Below are positions 34,934 to 45,365 of a stretch of 64,000 nt of DNA, piece by piece. Every line of letters begins with the position of its first letter. Position 1 is the first letter of the stretch. Both the position numbers and the translations under genes were made by a program. The notes under the pieces are model-generated. The model was not told where the DNA came from, ran no database searches, and saw nothing but the letters and a program-made list of their open reading frames with translations. Source of the stretch: Verrucomicrobiota bacterium (GTDB taxonomy: Bacteria > Verrucomicrobiota > Verrucomicrobiia > Chthoniobacterales > UBA10450); assembly GCA_003221195.1 (NCBI GenBank), contig QHQO01000018.1, positions 3,950-67,949 of the forward strand, written 5' to 3'.

Positions 34934-35707
34934 GTGACGTTAGGTGTCTGCATCTTGATCGTGGCGCGCGGCTCGGATTATTTGTTGGTCGATATCAGCA
35001 ATTCATATGCAAAATTTGCCTTTGCGTCGACAAGGCGAGTTTTAGCTCCTACGCGGTTCCCTACCAGCGAGCTTTCAAGCGGTGTAGTCGCACGATTCCT
35101 CGGGAAACGAAATGTAGAGAAGCTGGTTGTCTCTTCGGTAGTGCCCGCGAAGAACTCGGCAATTTTGAGGGCCGCAGCAAAAGTGAATGTGCTTTGGCTG
35201 GATTGGAAGCTGAAGCTGGGTGTCGATATTGATTATCCGAAACCGCAATCGATCGGCGCGGATCGGTTGGCGAACGCCGCGGCGGTGACAGCGCTTCACG
35301 GCTTTCCCGCAATCGTTGTGGATTTCGGCACTGCTGTGACCTTTGACATCGTCTCTGTACGCCGGGCTTACATTGGCGGTGTGATTGCTCCAGGGCTTGA
35401 AGCAATGACTAATTTTCTTTATCGGCGAACGGCACTCCTCCCGGAGCTTTCATTGAAAGAACCGCGACGCGCGGTCGGTAAATCGACAATCCAGGCGATG
35501 TTGTCGGGAGCCGTGTTCGGCTATCGCGGATTGGTTCGCGAAATCCTCACGCAAATTAGAGCAGAGCAGTTTTCGCATAAGAAAGTTCATGTCGTCGCGA
35601 CCGGAGGCTATGCGCGCCTAATCACGCGGCGACTGCCGGAGATCGATCTGGTTCATCCGAACCTTACGCTGGAAGGATTGCGAATTGTCGCCAACCTCAA
35701 TGACTGA
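34934..35707 (+). CDS. coaX: Type III pantothenate kinase
   Basis: Up to 257 aa. Contains LLVDISNSYAKFA (phosphate-1 motif), IGADRLANAAA, VVDFGTAVTFD and VVATGGYA. The exact start is uncertain (GTG at 34934, or TTG/GTG about 25 nt downstream). Confidence 0.85.
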   Translation: MTLGVCILIVARGSDYLLVDISNSYAKFAFASTRRVLAPTRFPTSELSSGVVARFLGKRNVEKLVVSSVVPAKNSAILRAAAKVNVLWLDWKLKLGVDIDYPKPQSIGADRLANAAAVTALHGFPAIVVDFGTAVTFDIVSVRRAYIGGVIAPGLEAMTNFLYRRTALLPELSLKEPRRAVGKSTIQAMLSGAVFGYRGLVREILTQIRAEQFSHKKVHVVATGGYARLITRRLPEIDLVHPNLTLEGLRIVANLND

Positions 35708-35838
35708 TTTACGACCATGCAGGGTGGTCGGGCCCTGTATTCTTTCGTTTAATTTTTCCGAAGGGAACTGAAAAATCGACTCATGGGAGCAACTTTCCAC
35801 TTGTCAGATGCGCTGAATAGGGTTTCAATCGCTACTTC

Positions 35839-38800
35839 ATGAGAGTGTGGGGGATGGCGGCGATCGCCGCGCTGGTGCTTAGGTTATTCGCCGCGGATTC
35901 GTTTGCAGCGGAAAATGTCGCCCCGACGAAAGCGGAGCTGGAGGAAATGTACAACGCTGCGTTCCGGGCGTTCGATTCTGGCAAATTCGCGGAAGCGCTA
36001 AAAGAACTCGATGCCATCGATGCCCGCCAACCTGATCTCGCCGCGTCGAAGAACCTTCGCGGCGTGATCCAGATGCGCCAGGGTAAGTACGATCAGGCGG
36101 AAGCGGCACTACAGGACGCAGCCCGCATCGATCCAAAGTTCTGGAACGCGCGCTTCAATCTGGCGGAAATCCCGTTTCTGAGAAAAGATTGGCCGGAAGC
36201 GCGGAATCGCTTCGAACAGCTCCTTTCCAGCGGTGAATCGGATCTGGCGAAAGAAGCTTCGCAGCTGATTCAATACAAGATTCTGCTCACGTACCTTCTC
36301 GAGGGGAAAGAGAACATGGTCGACTCTATTCAGGCCAAATTGGAGCTTTCGCCTGATACGCCAGCCGTTGACTATGTGAAGGCGGCCGTTGCGCTTAAAC
36401 AGAAGAATCAAAAAGAAGCGAAAGATTGGATCGGCGTTGCGGAAAAGAACTTTTCACCGCAACTGAACAAACTTTTCGCCGAATCACTTTACGAAGTTGG
36501 GTGGCTGGAAAAGCCAGCTGGCGAAACGCGACCTTCGTTGCCGCTCATGACGGCCGCTGAGCGCTCCGAAAAAACGAAGGCCACCGCCCGCGCAAAGTTC
36601 GAGCAGGCGCAGCAAGCGCTGCGGCAGCGCGATTTGGCGGCAGCGCTCAAACTGATCGATGAAGCGGATAAGGCAGATCCGAATCAGGCGTCAACGATTA
36701 ATTTACGCGGCGAGATTTTGGCGCAGCAGGAACAGTTCGACCAGGCCGAAGCGGCATTTAAGAAGGCAGCGAAGCTGGATCCGAAACTTCGCGAGGCACA
36801 ATACAATCTGGCGCAAGTTCCCTTTAAGAAGAAGGAATATGCAAAGGCGCGGGACCGTTTCGAGACGTTGTACAAGCGCACGCCTGGGGGCGACAAAAAT
36901 CAGGCGGCAGAACTCATTAAATTCAAGATCTACCTCACGCTTTTGCTCGAAGGAAAAGAGAGCCGCGCACACGCGATGATGGACGAGTTTCAATTTACCG
37001 GGGATACGCCCGCACTCTATTACGCCCAGGCAGCTTGGGAATTTCAACATAACAATCCAGAGAAGGCCTCGGATTGGACTTCTTCGGCGAATAAGATTTA
37101 TTCGTCGGCACTCAACAGCGTTTTTGCGGACGCTTTTTACGATGTTGGTTGGATGCAAAGGCCAGCAGCTGCGACCATGCCGACACCCGCATTCGACACA
37201 GCCCAGGCTGAGGGGAGTCCAGCAGTCGAGCCGAGTCCCATTCCGGACAAGGTTTTCGCTGCGAATAGCCAAAGTGACACTTCGAAGGGTGAAGGGCTGG
37301 CTTTGAGCTCAACGGTGAACGCGCCAGGTGCTGCTGGACTGGATATCGCCGGCACTGGAACAGCTACGCAGACTTCCATCTCTGCATCGAATGAGTCGGC
37401 TTCGGGAACAGGCTCGCAGCCTGAGCCCCCGGCATCGGCGTTGTCCTCAGGTGGCAGCGAATCCACGATTGCGGCATCGCCCGCTGAGTCACCGCAGACG
37501 TCGCCCGCTTCCACAGAGCAAAATGGTCAGGCGGCGGCTGTTGCCCAAACGAGCGTTTCCCCGAGTCCCGCCGCAGAAGTCATGCCTGTCAAAGTTGCGT
37601 CGTCCAGCATTCTGGCGAGAGGCAGAATGTGGTTGGTAGGCGGATTACTTTTAGCGGCGCTGGTCATCCTTGCTTGGGTGATCGTGCCTACCCTTCGCCG
37701 TCGTTATGTCTTTGATGTGCCAAGTTACTCGCGAGCCCCCTCTGCTGCCGCGCCTGCTCTGTTTAAGCCGAAAGCGGCGTCGGCATCGCCGCAAAAGAAG
37801 ACTTTGCAGGGCAACGGCTTTGTCGGAGGGCCCCGTCAGATTTCGCTACAATTGAAGGCATCGAAACCAGCATTGCGACATAGCGCTGTTCCTTCGCGCG
37901 ACCTTAGCGGTGGTCTTGATCTGACCAAAAACATGAGAGCAAAGCCGTCACGAGACTCGGCCTATCAGATGGAAAAGCCAATTCGCGAGGTGCCGCTCAT
38001 TGGATCTGAGGCGGAGGCTGAACCAGTCGTCGGGCCAGTTGTCGAACAAGCGGCAGAGAACGGAGAAAGCTTGCATACGGAGACTCCGCAGAAGCCTGAG
38101 AAGGCCGCGGCTTTAGCGATCAACGAATTGACCGAAGTCACCGCGACAGCGCCGCAAGCGACGGTTGAGGTTCCCGAAAGCGTTGAGGAAATCACATGGC
38201 CTACAGATGAGGCGAGCGACGTGTTCGATGGCGCGATTGAAACCGCATCGTTTCCTGAGGAGCCTGCTGAGATCCTACCAGATGCAGAAGTCGCATTGCC
38301 TGCGGTGACAACGTTGACAGAGCGTCCTGTTGAATCGATCACTCTGGAGCCGACAGTGCCCGATCAAACAGTTTCGACCGTGATTCCCACCCCAGTGCTC
38401 GCAAGGGCTGCTATGCTTCCCTCTGATTCACCACCAAGGGCCGCTTCTGCAGAGCCTGTATTTTCGCAAACAACAACACCCGCAATCATGCCTGAAACAA
38501 CTCAAACCCCAATCGCTCACGCAAACAAAGCCCCGGCCCCGCCGATGGCAAAACCACAACAACCGCCTGCCGTGATGCAAACATCCGTGCAGCTTACTTT
38601 CTCGTTCGAGATCGCAGCCATGCAGTTGACTTCCAGTTTTAAAATGGGCGCTCTCAAGGTGCGTCCCATATCGAAGCTGGTCACGATGCGGTTGCCTTCG
38701 GCTCAGCAGCCTCAGTCCGCTCTGAATTTGCAGGTCAGTTTCGAAATCGCAAAGATTCAGCCCGCCGCAGGAGCGCTCGGCAGGATCCGAATGGTTCCGT

Positions 38801-39156
38801 CGCAACAGCAGAGACCCACTCCAGGCGGTTTGCCATCATTCGCAGTTGCGGGATTACAGGTGGTTCCGAATTCTGAGACCGCACCAGTCCAACTCACCCC
38901 CTCGCAACAGGGACGAGCGTCCGTCCTCATCACTGTTCCGTTCCAGATTACCACACTTGAGTTTGCGCCCTCTCTCGAAATAGCATCCGTTATTCTAAAC
39001 TCGAATTCCAAGCAGGTAGCTGTTCAGTTGCCGGGCGCCGGGCCGACCCCGGCTGAAGGCGCGCCAATGTTTGAGATAGCAAACCTGGAGTTAGGTGAAG
39101 GCGGCGAGATCGGCATGATGCATCTGAACCCGGTTAGCGCGCCAAAGCGCGCCTGA
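35839..39156 (+). CDS. Bitopic membrane protein: signal peptide, tandemly duplicated periplasmic TPR-like module, Ser/Pro/Ala-rich linker, one TM helix, long disordered cytoplasmic region and C-terminal 'FEIA' repeat domain
   Basis: 1105 aa. Signal peptide MRVWGMAAIAALVLRLFAADSFAAE. Modules at aa 38-227 and aa 254-443 are clearly homologous. TM helix at aa ~597-617 (MWLVGGLLLAALVILAWVIVP) is followed by RRRY. The C-terminal aa ~915-1098 contain 4-5 degenerate repeats. Confidence 0.7.
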   Translation: MRVWGMAAIAALVLRLFAADSFAAENVAPTKAELEEMYNAAFRAFDSGKFAEALKELDAIDARQPDLAASKNLRGVIQMRQGKYDQAEAALQDAARIDPKFWNARFNLAEIPFLRKDWPEARNRFEQLLSSGESDLAKEASQLIQYKILLTYLLEGKENMVDSIQAKLELSPDTPAVDYVKAAVALKQKNQKEAKDWIGVAEKNFSPQLNKLFAESLYEVGWLEKPAGETRPSLPLMTAAERSEKTKATARAKFEQAQQALRQRDLAAALKLIDEADKADPNQASTINLRGEILAQQEQFDQAEAAFKKAAKLDPKLREAQYNLAQVPFKKKEYAKARDRFETLYKRTPGGDKNQAAELIKFKIYLTLLLEGKESRAHAMMDEFQFTGDTPALYYAQAAWEFQHNNPEKASDWTSSANKIYSSALNSVFADAFYDVGWMQRPAAATMPTPAFDTAQAEGSPAVEPSPIPDKVFAANSQSDTSKGEGLALSSTVNAPGAAGLDIAGTGTATQTSISASNESASGTGSQPEPPASALSSGGSESTIAASPAESPQTSPASTEQNGQAAAVAQTSVSPSPAAEVMPVKVASSSILARGRMWLVGGLLLAALVILAWVIVPTLRRRYVFDVPSYSRAPSAAAPALFKPKAASASPQKKTLQGNGFVGGPRQISLQLKASKPALRHSAVPSRDLSGGLDLTKNMRAKPSRDSAYQMEKPIREVPLIGSEAEAEPVVGPVVEQAAENGESLHTETPQKPEKAAALAINELTEVTATAPQATVEVPESVEEITWPTDEASDVFDGAIETASFPEEPAEILPDAEVALPAVTTLTERPVESITLEPTVPDQTVSTVIPTPVLARAAMLPSDSPPRAASAEPVFSQTTTPAIMPETTQTPIAHANKAPAPPMAKPQQPPAVMQTSVQLTFSFEIAAMQLTSSFKMGALKVRPISKLVTMRLPSAQQPQSALNLQVSFEIAKIQPAAGALGRIRMVPSQQQRPTPGGLPSFAVAGLQVVPNSETAPVQLTPSQQGRASVLITVPFQITTLEFAPSLEIASVILNSNSKQVAVQLPGAGPTPAEGAPMFEIANLELGEGGEIGMMHLNPVSAPKRA

Positions 39157-39199
39157 CCCAGACGAAGGTTCTTTTCTGGAAGAAGGCAGCTTCCGTAGC

Positions 39200-40300
39200 T
39201 CAGTGCCAGTTTAGCGAGCGCAGTTGTTTCGGAAGAAACATTCCGTTCTTTCGAATCAGCTTACCGTCGAAATAGATTTCTCCACCGCCGTATTCCGGGC
39301 GCTGAATGCTTACCATATCCCAGTGCACCTGGCTTCGGTTTCCATTGTCTGCTTCTTCGTAAGCTTGCCCGGGAGTAAAATGAAACGAGCCGGCGATTTT
39401 TTCATCAAACAAGATGTCCCGCATCGGATGTAAAAGTCGCGGATTAAATCCGAGTGAAAATTCGCCGATGTAGTGCGCGCCGGGATCTGAATCGAGAATC
39501 TTGTTCAGTTTTTTCGTTTCGTTGCTTGTCGCGTCAACTATTTTTCCGTTTTTGAATTCGAGACGGATGCCATCGAAGGCGATTCCCTGATAGATGCTTG
39601 GCGCGTTGAACGTCACGTGGCCTTCGACTGAATCTCTCACGGGGCAGCTGAACACCTCACCATCGGGTATATTGCGATCGCCACCGCAGATCACGGCTGG
39701 AATCCCCTTCTTGCTAAAACGGAGATCGGTGCCGCGACCTTTGATTTCGACTCGATCGGTCTTTTCCATCAAACGATGGAGCGCCTTCATGCCCGGCAGA
39801 AGCTTCCGATAATCTAGCGTGCAGACTTCGAAATAGAAATCCTCAAAGGCCTCAGTGCTCATTCCTGCAAGCTGTGCCATGGACGGTGTGGGCCAGCGCA
39901 GGACTACCCACTTGGTCTTTTTGACTCGCTGATCCTGTACCGACCGCATTTTCCTGGCGATCAATTTCATTGTCTCCGGCGGCACATCGGAGAGTTCTGT
40001 GACGTTGTTGCTGCCTCGCACTGCGATATACGCATCCATTTTTTTCATTCGCGCCAGTTCATGGCTTGCTGTGAGATTTAGCTGTCTATCAGAGGCATCC
40101 AGCGAGAGAGCGCGGTTTACTCGAACGTGATAGGTCTGGGCAAATGGCACTCCGCCCGCTTTCCGCGCCGCGCGTACCAGCGCGATGGTCATTTCGTCAG
40201 GAATATCGAATGCCTCAATGAGGACCGTTTCATTACGCTTGAGACGGATAGAATATTCCACCAGAAGTTTCGCGAGTTTATCAAACCGGGCGTCGTGCAT
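39200..40300 (-). CDS. M29 family aminopeptidase (AmpS/PepS/aminopeptidase T-like)
   Basis: 366 aa. N-terminus [25 protein letters not shown], and C-terminal metal-site blocks [18 protein letters not shown] and VHWDMV, typical of the thermophilic metalloprotease M29 family. Confidence 0.8.
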   Translation of the reverse strand: MHDARFDKLAKLLVEYSIRLKRNETVLIEAFDIPDEMTIALVRAARKAGGVPFAQTYHVRVNRALSLDASDRQLNLTASHELARMKKMDAYIAVRGSNNVTELSDVPPETMKLIARKMRSVQDQRVKKTKWVVLRWPTPSMAQLAGMSTEAFEDFYFEVCTLDYRKLLPGMKALHRLMEKTDRVEIKGRGTDLRFSKKGIPAVICGGDRNIPDGEVFSCPVRDSVEGHVTFNAPSIYQGIAFDGIRLEFKNGKIVDATSNETKKLNKILDSDPGAHYIGEFSLGFNPRLLHPMRDILFDEKIAGSFHFTPGQAYEEADNGNRSQVHWDMVSIQRPEYGGGEIYFDGKLIRKNGMFLPKQLRSLNWH

Positions 40301-40346
40301 AGGCTCTTATCATTCCACCAGCATCGCCGGACGCAACCAACTGATG

Positions 40347-41600
40347 CTACGCGCTTCGGATAAATTTCGCTGCGAAAGCGCCATCGAGACCATCTTGAAA
40401 GGGAAGCGAGCGCTTTTGCTCTTCGAGACGCAGGATGGACGCGCTGGTGAGAGCTCGCTGCACGACTTGCTCGTTCTCTTCCGGCTCAAGGCTGCAGGTG
40501 CTGTAAACGAGTGTGCCCTCCTGCTTTAATAGCGGAAGGAGTGCGCAAATAATTTCGAGCTGCCGCTGTTGCATGCGGACGAAATCGCTTGGTTGTAATC
40601 GCCACCTGGCATCCACGCGTCGTCGCATTACTCCGGTATTGCTGCAAGGCGCATCAAGCAGGATGCGGTGAAAGGGCGCCATTGAAGCAATCTCTGTAGG
40701 GAGATGACCGCGTGTCCAATCGTGATCAAAAATGCGGACTATCCCGACGCCGAGGCGCGCCATGTTCTCTTTCAAGATCTGCAATCGCTCCGGGTCGCGG
40801 TCGCATGCGACGATTGTTCCCCGATTCTCCATTAGTTGTGCAATGTAAGCGGTTTTTCCGCCCGGAGCGGCGCATGCGTCGAGGATCGTTTCTCCAGCCC
40901 GGGAACTCAGAATCTGACAGGCAATCGCGGTGCTTGGATCTTGAATGTAGCAGTGGCCTTGCCTGATTGCCTCTGTCGGTATCAGGTCAAATTCAATGAA
41001 CTCCGGATTACGCGTCAGCGGCCGAGAGTCTGGATAAAGCCGGAGGAACTCTTCGCGGTCGATTTTTTGTTGATTGATTCGTCCGTAGACCGGTGCGGGA
41101 CGATTGTTCCATTGGCAGAGCTCGTCGGCATATTGGGCGCCAAAATGCTGCTGCCAGCGCTCGACGAGAAATTTTGGATGCGAGGCTCGAACAAACAGAG
41201 GTTCTGCATCGGCCCGCGCAAGCAACTCGCCCTGTCGCCGGATCGCGGCACGAAGCATGCCATTTACGATCGGTCGCTGTCTCTGTGGGACGAGGTTCAC
41301 AGTCTCATGCACTGCCGCATGTGGCGCTGTCTTGAGGAGGAAAATCTGGTACAACCCCAGGCGCAGAACATCACGAAGATCGGCGTCGACTCTTGAAGCG
41401 CGCAGGCAACCGACCCAAAAATCCAGTAAAGTTAAATTGCGAAGGACACCGTAAAAAAGTTCAAAGGCAAACGCACGATCGGATTCAATGAGCTCTGCCT
41501 TCACGAGAGACTCTGAGACAATCGAGTCGGCAAATCGCTTTTCTTTTCGCCACGTGCGCAGCGCGTTCAGCGCAATTCGGCGAGCAGAAAGCCGCGCCAT
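40347..41600 (-). CDS. rsmB: 16S rRNA (cytosine967-C5)-methyltransferase
   Basis: 417 aa. N-terminal NusB-like domain, then ILDACAAPGGKT (SAM motif), ILLDAPCSNTGVMRR (catalytic Cys) and LVYSTCSLEPEENE (second Cys). Confidence 0.85.
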   Translation of the reverse strand: MARLSARRIALNALRTWRKEKRFADSIVSESLVKAELIESDRAFAFELFYGVLRNLTLLDFWVGCLRASRVDADLRDVLRLGLYQIFLLKTAPHAAVHETVNLVPQRQRPIVNGMLRAAIRRQGELLARADAEPLFVRASHPKFLVERWQQHFGAQYADELCQWNNRPAPVYGRINQQKIDREEFLRLYPDSRPLTRNPEFIEFDLIPTEAIRQGHCYIQDPSTAIACQILSSRAGETILDACAAPGGKTAYIAQLMENRGTIVACDRDPERLQILKENMARLGVGIVRIFDHDWTRGHLPTEIASMAPFHRILLDAPCSNTGVMRRRVDARWRLQPSDFVRMQQRQLEIICALLPLLKQEGTLVYSTCSLEPEENEQVVQRALTSASILRLEEQKRSLPFQDGLDGAFAAKFIRSA

Positions 41601-41615
41601 ACTCTGGAAAGACCG

Positions 41616-42929
41616 TTATCGCGGCTTCACGCTGGCGCGTCCAATCGAATGATAATCAAACCCCAGTCGGCCCATCGTTCCAGGGTCCAACAGATTTCGG
41701 CCGTCGAAGACGATCGGCGTTCTCATTTTTTCTTTTAGCACCGCGAGGTCCACGTTCGCAAATTCGTTCCATTCCGTGGCGATGACCAACGCCTCGGCAT
41801 CATTCACTGCTTCAAGGGCGGATGAAGTAAATTCAGCGTCGGCGACCGCTTTGATGGCACGGGCTTTTTGCATTCCTTTGGGGTCGTAGGCGACGACGTG
41901 TGCTCCTTCGCGAAGCAAATCTGCCACCAGTTCTATTGCGACAGACGAACGGAGATCGTCCGTATCGGGTTTAAAGGTAAGACCCCACACTGCGATTCGC
42001 TTTTCTCGCAATACCCACAGCGTTTCCCGAATCGCCTTTAGAAAACGCTCTTTCTGGCCATTGTTAATGCGCTGTACTTCCTTCAGCAAATTAAAGGGAA
42101 CACCAAGCCGTTCCGCGATTGTGATGAAGGCCGCAATATCCTTGGGAAAACAGGAACCGCCGTATCCAATCCCTGCGTTAAGAAAATCACGGCCGATTCG
42201 GTGATCCATTCCAATTCCATCAGCGACTTTTTCAACATCGGCTCCGCTGGCCTCGCAAATCGCCGAGATCGCGTTGATATACGAAATTTTCAGGGCGAGA
42301 AACGAATTCGCGCAATGTTTGATGAGCTCGGCGCTGTTGATATCGGTGACGAGAATCGGCGCCATAAACGGCTCATAAACTTTCTTCATCAGGTCGATCG
42401 CATGTTCGCTTTGAGCTCCTATCACTACGCGGTCGGGATGCATTAGATCAGCTACCGCACAGCCTTCGCGCAGAAATTCAGGATTACTGACCACGTCGAA
42501 GTTTGCACCGTGGCGGTTGTACCTTTTGATTGATTCGGCCACTTTTTCGCCGGTTTTCACAGGCACTGTGCTCTTGTCGACAATCACCCGGTAATCGTTT
42601 AAGACGCCTGCGATTTCACGAGCGACTTTCTCCAGAAAGCTGAGATCGACATCGCCATCTGGTTTCTGTGGAGTCGGAACGGCGATAAAGACGATCTGCG
42701 AATTCTTTACGCCGTCTTCTATGCTGCCGGTGAAACGCAACCGATGCGCCGACACGTTGCGGTGAATGATTTCTTCAAGCCCGGGTTCATAAATTGGCAC
42801 CTCGCCGGCCTGCAGTTGCCTGATTTTCTGCGCGTCATTATCGACGCATATGACGTTATGCCCGACGTCGGCGAAACAGGCACCGGTCACGAGGCCAACA
42901 TAACCGGAACCGATGATTGCAAGATCCAT
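41616..42929 (-). CDS. ugd: UDP-glucose 6-dehydrogenase
   Basis: 437 aa. MDLAIIGSGYVGLVTGACFADVGHNV (Rossmann fold), GYGGSCFPKD (catalytic Cys) and LTFKPDTDDLR. Confidence 0.9.
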   Translation of the reverse strand: MDLAIIGSGYVGLVTGACFADVGHNVICVDNDAQKIRQLQAGEVPIYEPGLEEIIHRNVSAHRLRFTGSIEDGVKNSQIVFIAVPTPQKPDGDVDLSFLEKVAREIAGVLNDYRVIVDKSTVPVKTGEKVAESIKRYNRHGANFDVVSNPEFLREGCAVADLMHPDRVVIGAQSEHAIDLMKKVYEPFMAPILVTDINSAELIKHCANSFLALKISYINAISAICEASGADVEKVADGIGMDHRIGRDFLNAGIGYGGSCFPKDIAAFITIAERLGVPFNLLKEVQRINNGQKERFLKAIRETLWVLREKRIAVWGLTFKPDTDDLRSSVAIELVADLLREGAHVVAYDPKGMQKARAIKAVADAEFTSSALEAVNDAEALVIATEWNEFANVDLAVLKEKMRTPIVFDGRNLLDPGTMGRLGFDYHSIGRASVKPR

Positions 42930-43015
42930 AATTGAAGGAATGGTGCGGGCGAATCAGCCGCAGCACAAGTGGCCGAACAAATTCAGGCCGTCCTGCATGG
43001 TCCGCGCGTTTTCAC

Positions 43016-45250
43016 TTATTCTCCTTCGGACGTCGGATCGAAGTTCAAATCGAATCCGAATTTCGGGAATGCTTTGAGCGTTATGGTGAAGATGACGCCG
43101 TACTCCCTCGATCCGTTATTGTCGCGTATGATGCCACCAAATGAAGCCACCCAGCTCGACAAGTCTCGATAGATCGAGTAGCGCTGTTGTTCGAGGATGC
43201 CGGTTGCCCCTTCATATTGCTCCTGGACTCCAACGCCCCAGTTATCGTCGATGCGGTAATATCCACCGACAACAAACAAGCTGCTGTCCTGGAAAAACGG
43301 ATTGCCGTTCAAATACCGATGCGCGACGTTCAATTGCAGATTGGCCATTGGTTGAACGGTTGCAATGGTATCGACTTCCGTGAACCCTTTGTCGAAAGCC
43401 GGCAGTTGTGAATTGACCGAGAAAGATACCCACGGCAACGGTGTAAAGCGGATGTTGTTAAAGAGATTTGAGTATTCCGTTCGGTCGAAGGGATTGTTGA
43501 AGTTTACATCAAGGTAGGTATCGAGTTCGAACCAGGTGATTGTTTGATCGTCTCGGCGCGTTTTCAAGCGATTGCGAACCCCGACCCGCCACACGGTCCA
43601 ATCATCGATAGTGTCGATGGTTGTGAACTGGGGGAAATCAATTGCCGGTAGTTGAGTCGAAGGCTGAAACCGATCGAGCGCCAAAATTGATGTTGGGTTA
43701 GGCCCATCCTCTTTAACGTAAGAAAAGTTCGTGAACGGTTGAATAACGTGCATCAGTCCGTCCAACCCAAACGAGCGGCTTTGCACGTTCTCCCATGTAC
43801 GTGAGATCTTGAATGAAGCTTCGGCGCCCGTGTCGAAGACCGTGCGAAACGTGTCTCCGTCAAACTTCACTGGATTAGCCAGCGTTGGAGGTGGAAGAAT
43901 AAAGTCTGGTACGAGCGGATTTGATGGCGGTATGAAGGTTGTCGATCCCAGGTCCCACGTCTTGCCATAATAGGTTCCGCGATAGCCAATCCTTGGCACG
44001 ATGGAAAGCCACCCAAAGTAAGTGTTTGGAAAGGTTAGTTGGTGGAAGGTGTCCAGACGATCCGTGCCATAATTCTCAAAGCCTAAACCTTGAGGGAATT
44101 GTAGCCGTAAATTGGCAAAGCCGGTCTCACCTTCATAGAAAATGGGTCCGCCAAAAAGGGCATGACGTTTGATGTCCAATACCACTTCCGGCTGGCGTTC
44201 AGTTGTGGTGAAAAACTGATTCGCCTGAAAGCGCTCGATGGCCGTCAGGGTATAAAAAGGGTCCGTCTTTGCCACCGCGAGCACATTGTCCGGAACCGGA
44301 TCGATGCGGAACTCCCCTTGGAAGAAGTCCTGCATCACGTACTGATCACTCAGCTTGGTCAGATTGGCGATGCCATAAATATCGTCTGTAAAGTTGGTCG
44401 TATCTGCCAGGCTAACCCGGTATCGCCCGGTAGGAACGTCTTTTCGCGGAATGTTGGTTTCATTCAGGTTCGGGTTTTGGTCCTGCAGATAATATGTCTT
44501 TAGCCGTGCCTGGCTGTCGTTGAAATAATCTATGGTCGAGTCGAACCCTACGGCTACGCCACGCCGCCCCCGGTAATCTAGCCGGAGCCGCCCCTTAATG
44601 TCGTCTGTGATTGGGAAGGTCACTTGAGTGAGGAGGGATGGTCCCCATGAACTCAAATACGCTGGTGAAATCGTGAAGCTAAATGCCTCGTTGAGCGATT
44701 GGTAAAGATAAGGCCACCAAAAAACAGGCACTTTCCCGACATACGCGGTTACGTACTGGAAAATCACGCGATCGTTCTCGTAAACACGGATCGTTCGGGC
44801 GTGGAGATGGAAGTCGGCCTTCGGTGAATCATGCGTCGTAAAGGTGCCGTCGTTTATCAGATACCCGTTGTCAGAAATTGAGGTCACATGCTTGCCGGTT
44901 AGGAAATAAGGCTGGGACTCGGTTCGCGCATTGAGCGCTCTGATTTTTTTAGTCTCAGTGTTGTAAATGCCGTTCTCGGCGATATACAGGCTTGTGTCCC
45001 GATAGATTCGCACGTGGCCTCTTAACTCCACGTCGTGCGTGCTCGGATTGTATTGGGCGTAGTCGGCGTAAATGTCTGTATTGCCGATATGGATCGCTAC
45101 GTTGTCGCGCGCCGTGGCCAGGCCGTTTTCATACGTCGTTTCCCCCGTAGAAGTGATTTCAATCGGAGCGTTCTCCGGAGTCTTGATCTCTCCCCTGATG
45201 AGACTGGCACTTGCCAAAAAAGTGGCGATCAACAAGACCAGCGTTCGCAT
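43016..45250 (-). CDS. lptD: LPS-assembly outer-membrane protein LptD (OstA family)
   Basis: 744 aa from the ATG at 45250 (MRTLVLLIATFLASASL signal peptide; the track start at 45310 adds 20 aa). The N-terminal OstA-like beta-jellyroll (ATARDNVAIHIGNTDIYADYAQYNPSTHDVELRGHVRIY) precedes a large beta-barrel. Confidence 0.8.
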   Translation of the reverse strand: MRTLVLLIATFLASASLIRGEIKTPENAPIEITSTGETTYENGLATARDNVAIHIGNTDIYADYAQYNPSTHDVELRGHVRIYRDTSLYIAENGIYNTETKKIRALNARTESQPYFLTGKHVTSISDNGYLINDGTFTTHDSPKADFHLHARTIRVYENDRVIFQYVTAYVGKVPVFWWPYLYQSLNEAFSFTISPAYLSSWGPSLLTQVTFPITDDIKGRLRLDYRGRRGVAVGFDSTIDYFNDSQARLKTYYLQDQNPNLNETNIPRKDVPTGRYRVSLADTTNFTDDIYGIANLTKLSDQYVMQDFFQGEFRIDPVPDNVLAVAKTDPFYTLTAIERFQANQFFTTTERQPEVVLDIKRHALFGGPIFYEGETGFANLRLQFPQGLGFENYGTDRLDTFHQLTFPNTYFGWLSIVPRIGYRGTYYGKTWDLGSTTFIPPSNPLVPDFILPPPTLANPVKFDGDTFRTVFDTGAEASFKISRTWENVQSRSFGLDGLMHVIQPFTNFSYVKEDGPNPTSILALDRFQPSTQLPAIDFPQFTTIDTIDDWTVWRVGVRNRLKTRRDDQTITWFELDTYLDVNFNNPFDRTEYSNLFNNIRFTPLPWVSFSVNSQLPAFDKGFTEVDTIATVQPMANLQLNVAHRYLNGNPFFQDSSLFVVGGYYRIDDNWGVGVQEQYEGATGILEQQRYSIYRDLSSWVASFGGIIRDNNGSREYGVIFTITLKAFPKFGFDLNFDPTSEGE

Positions 45251-45365
45251 GGCGCACGCCGAACGTACTGCGCCAGAGGGTCCCTGCAAAGCCAAAAGCA
45301 CTCCATGCAATCAAGACAGCCACTAAGCACGAGCCGGTTGAATCGAAATCATCGCGCGTTCTGTC

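Noticed and set aside
35712-35760. Possible terminator after coaX (cgacca-N7-tggtcg)
   Set aside because: The stem is only 6 bp and the T-rich run is not adjacent to it. This is too weak to call.
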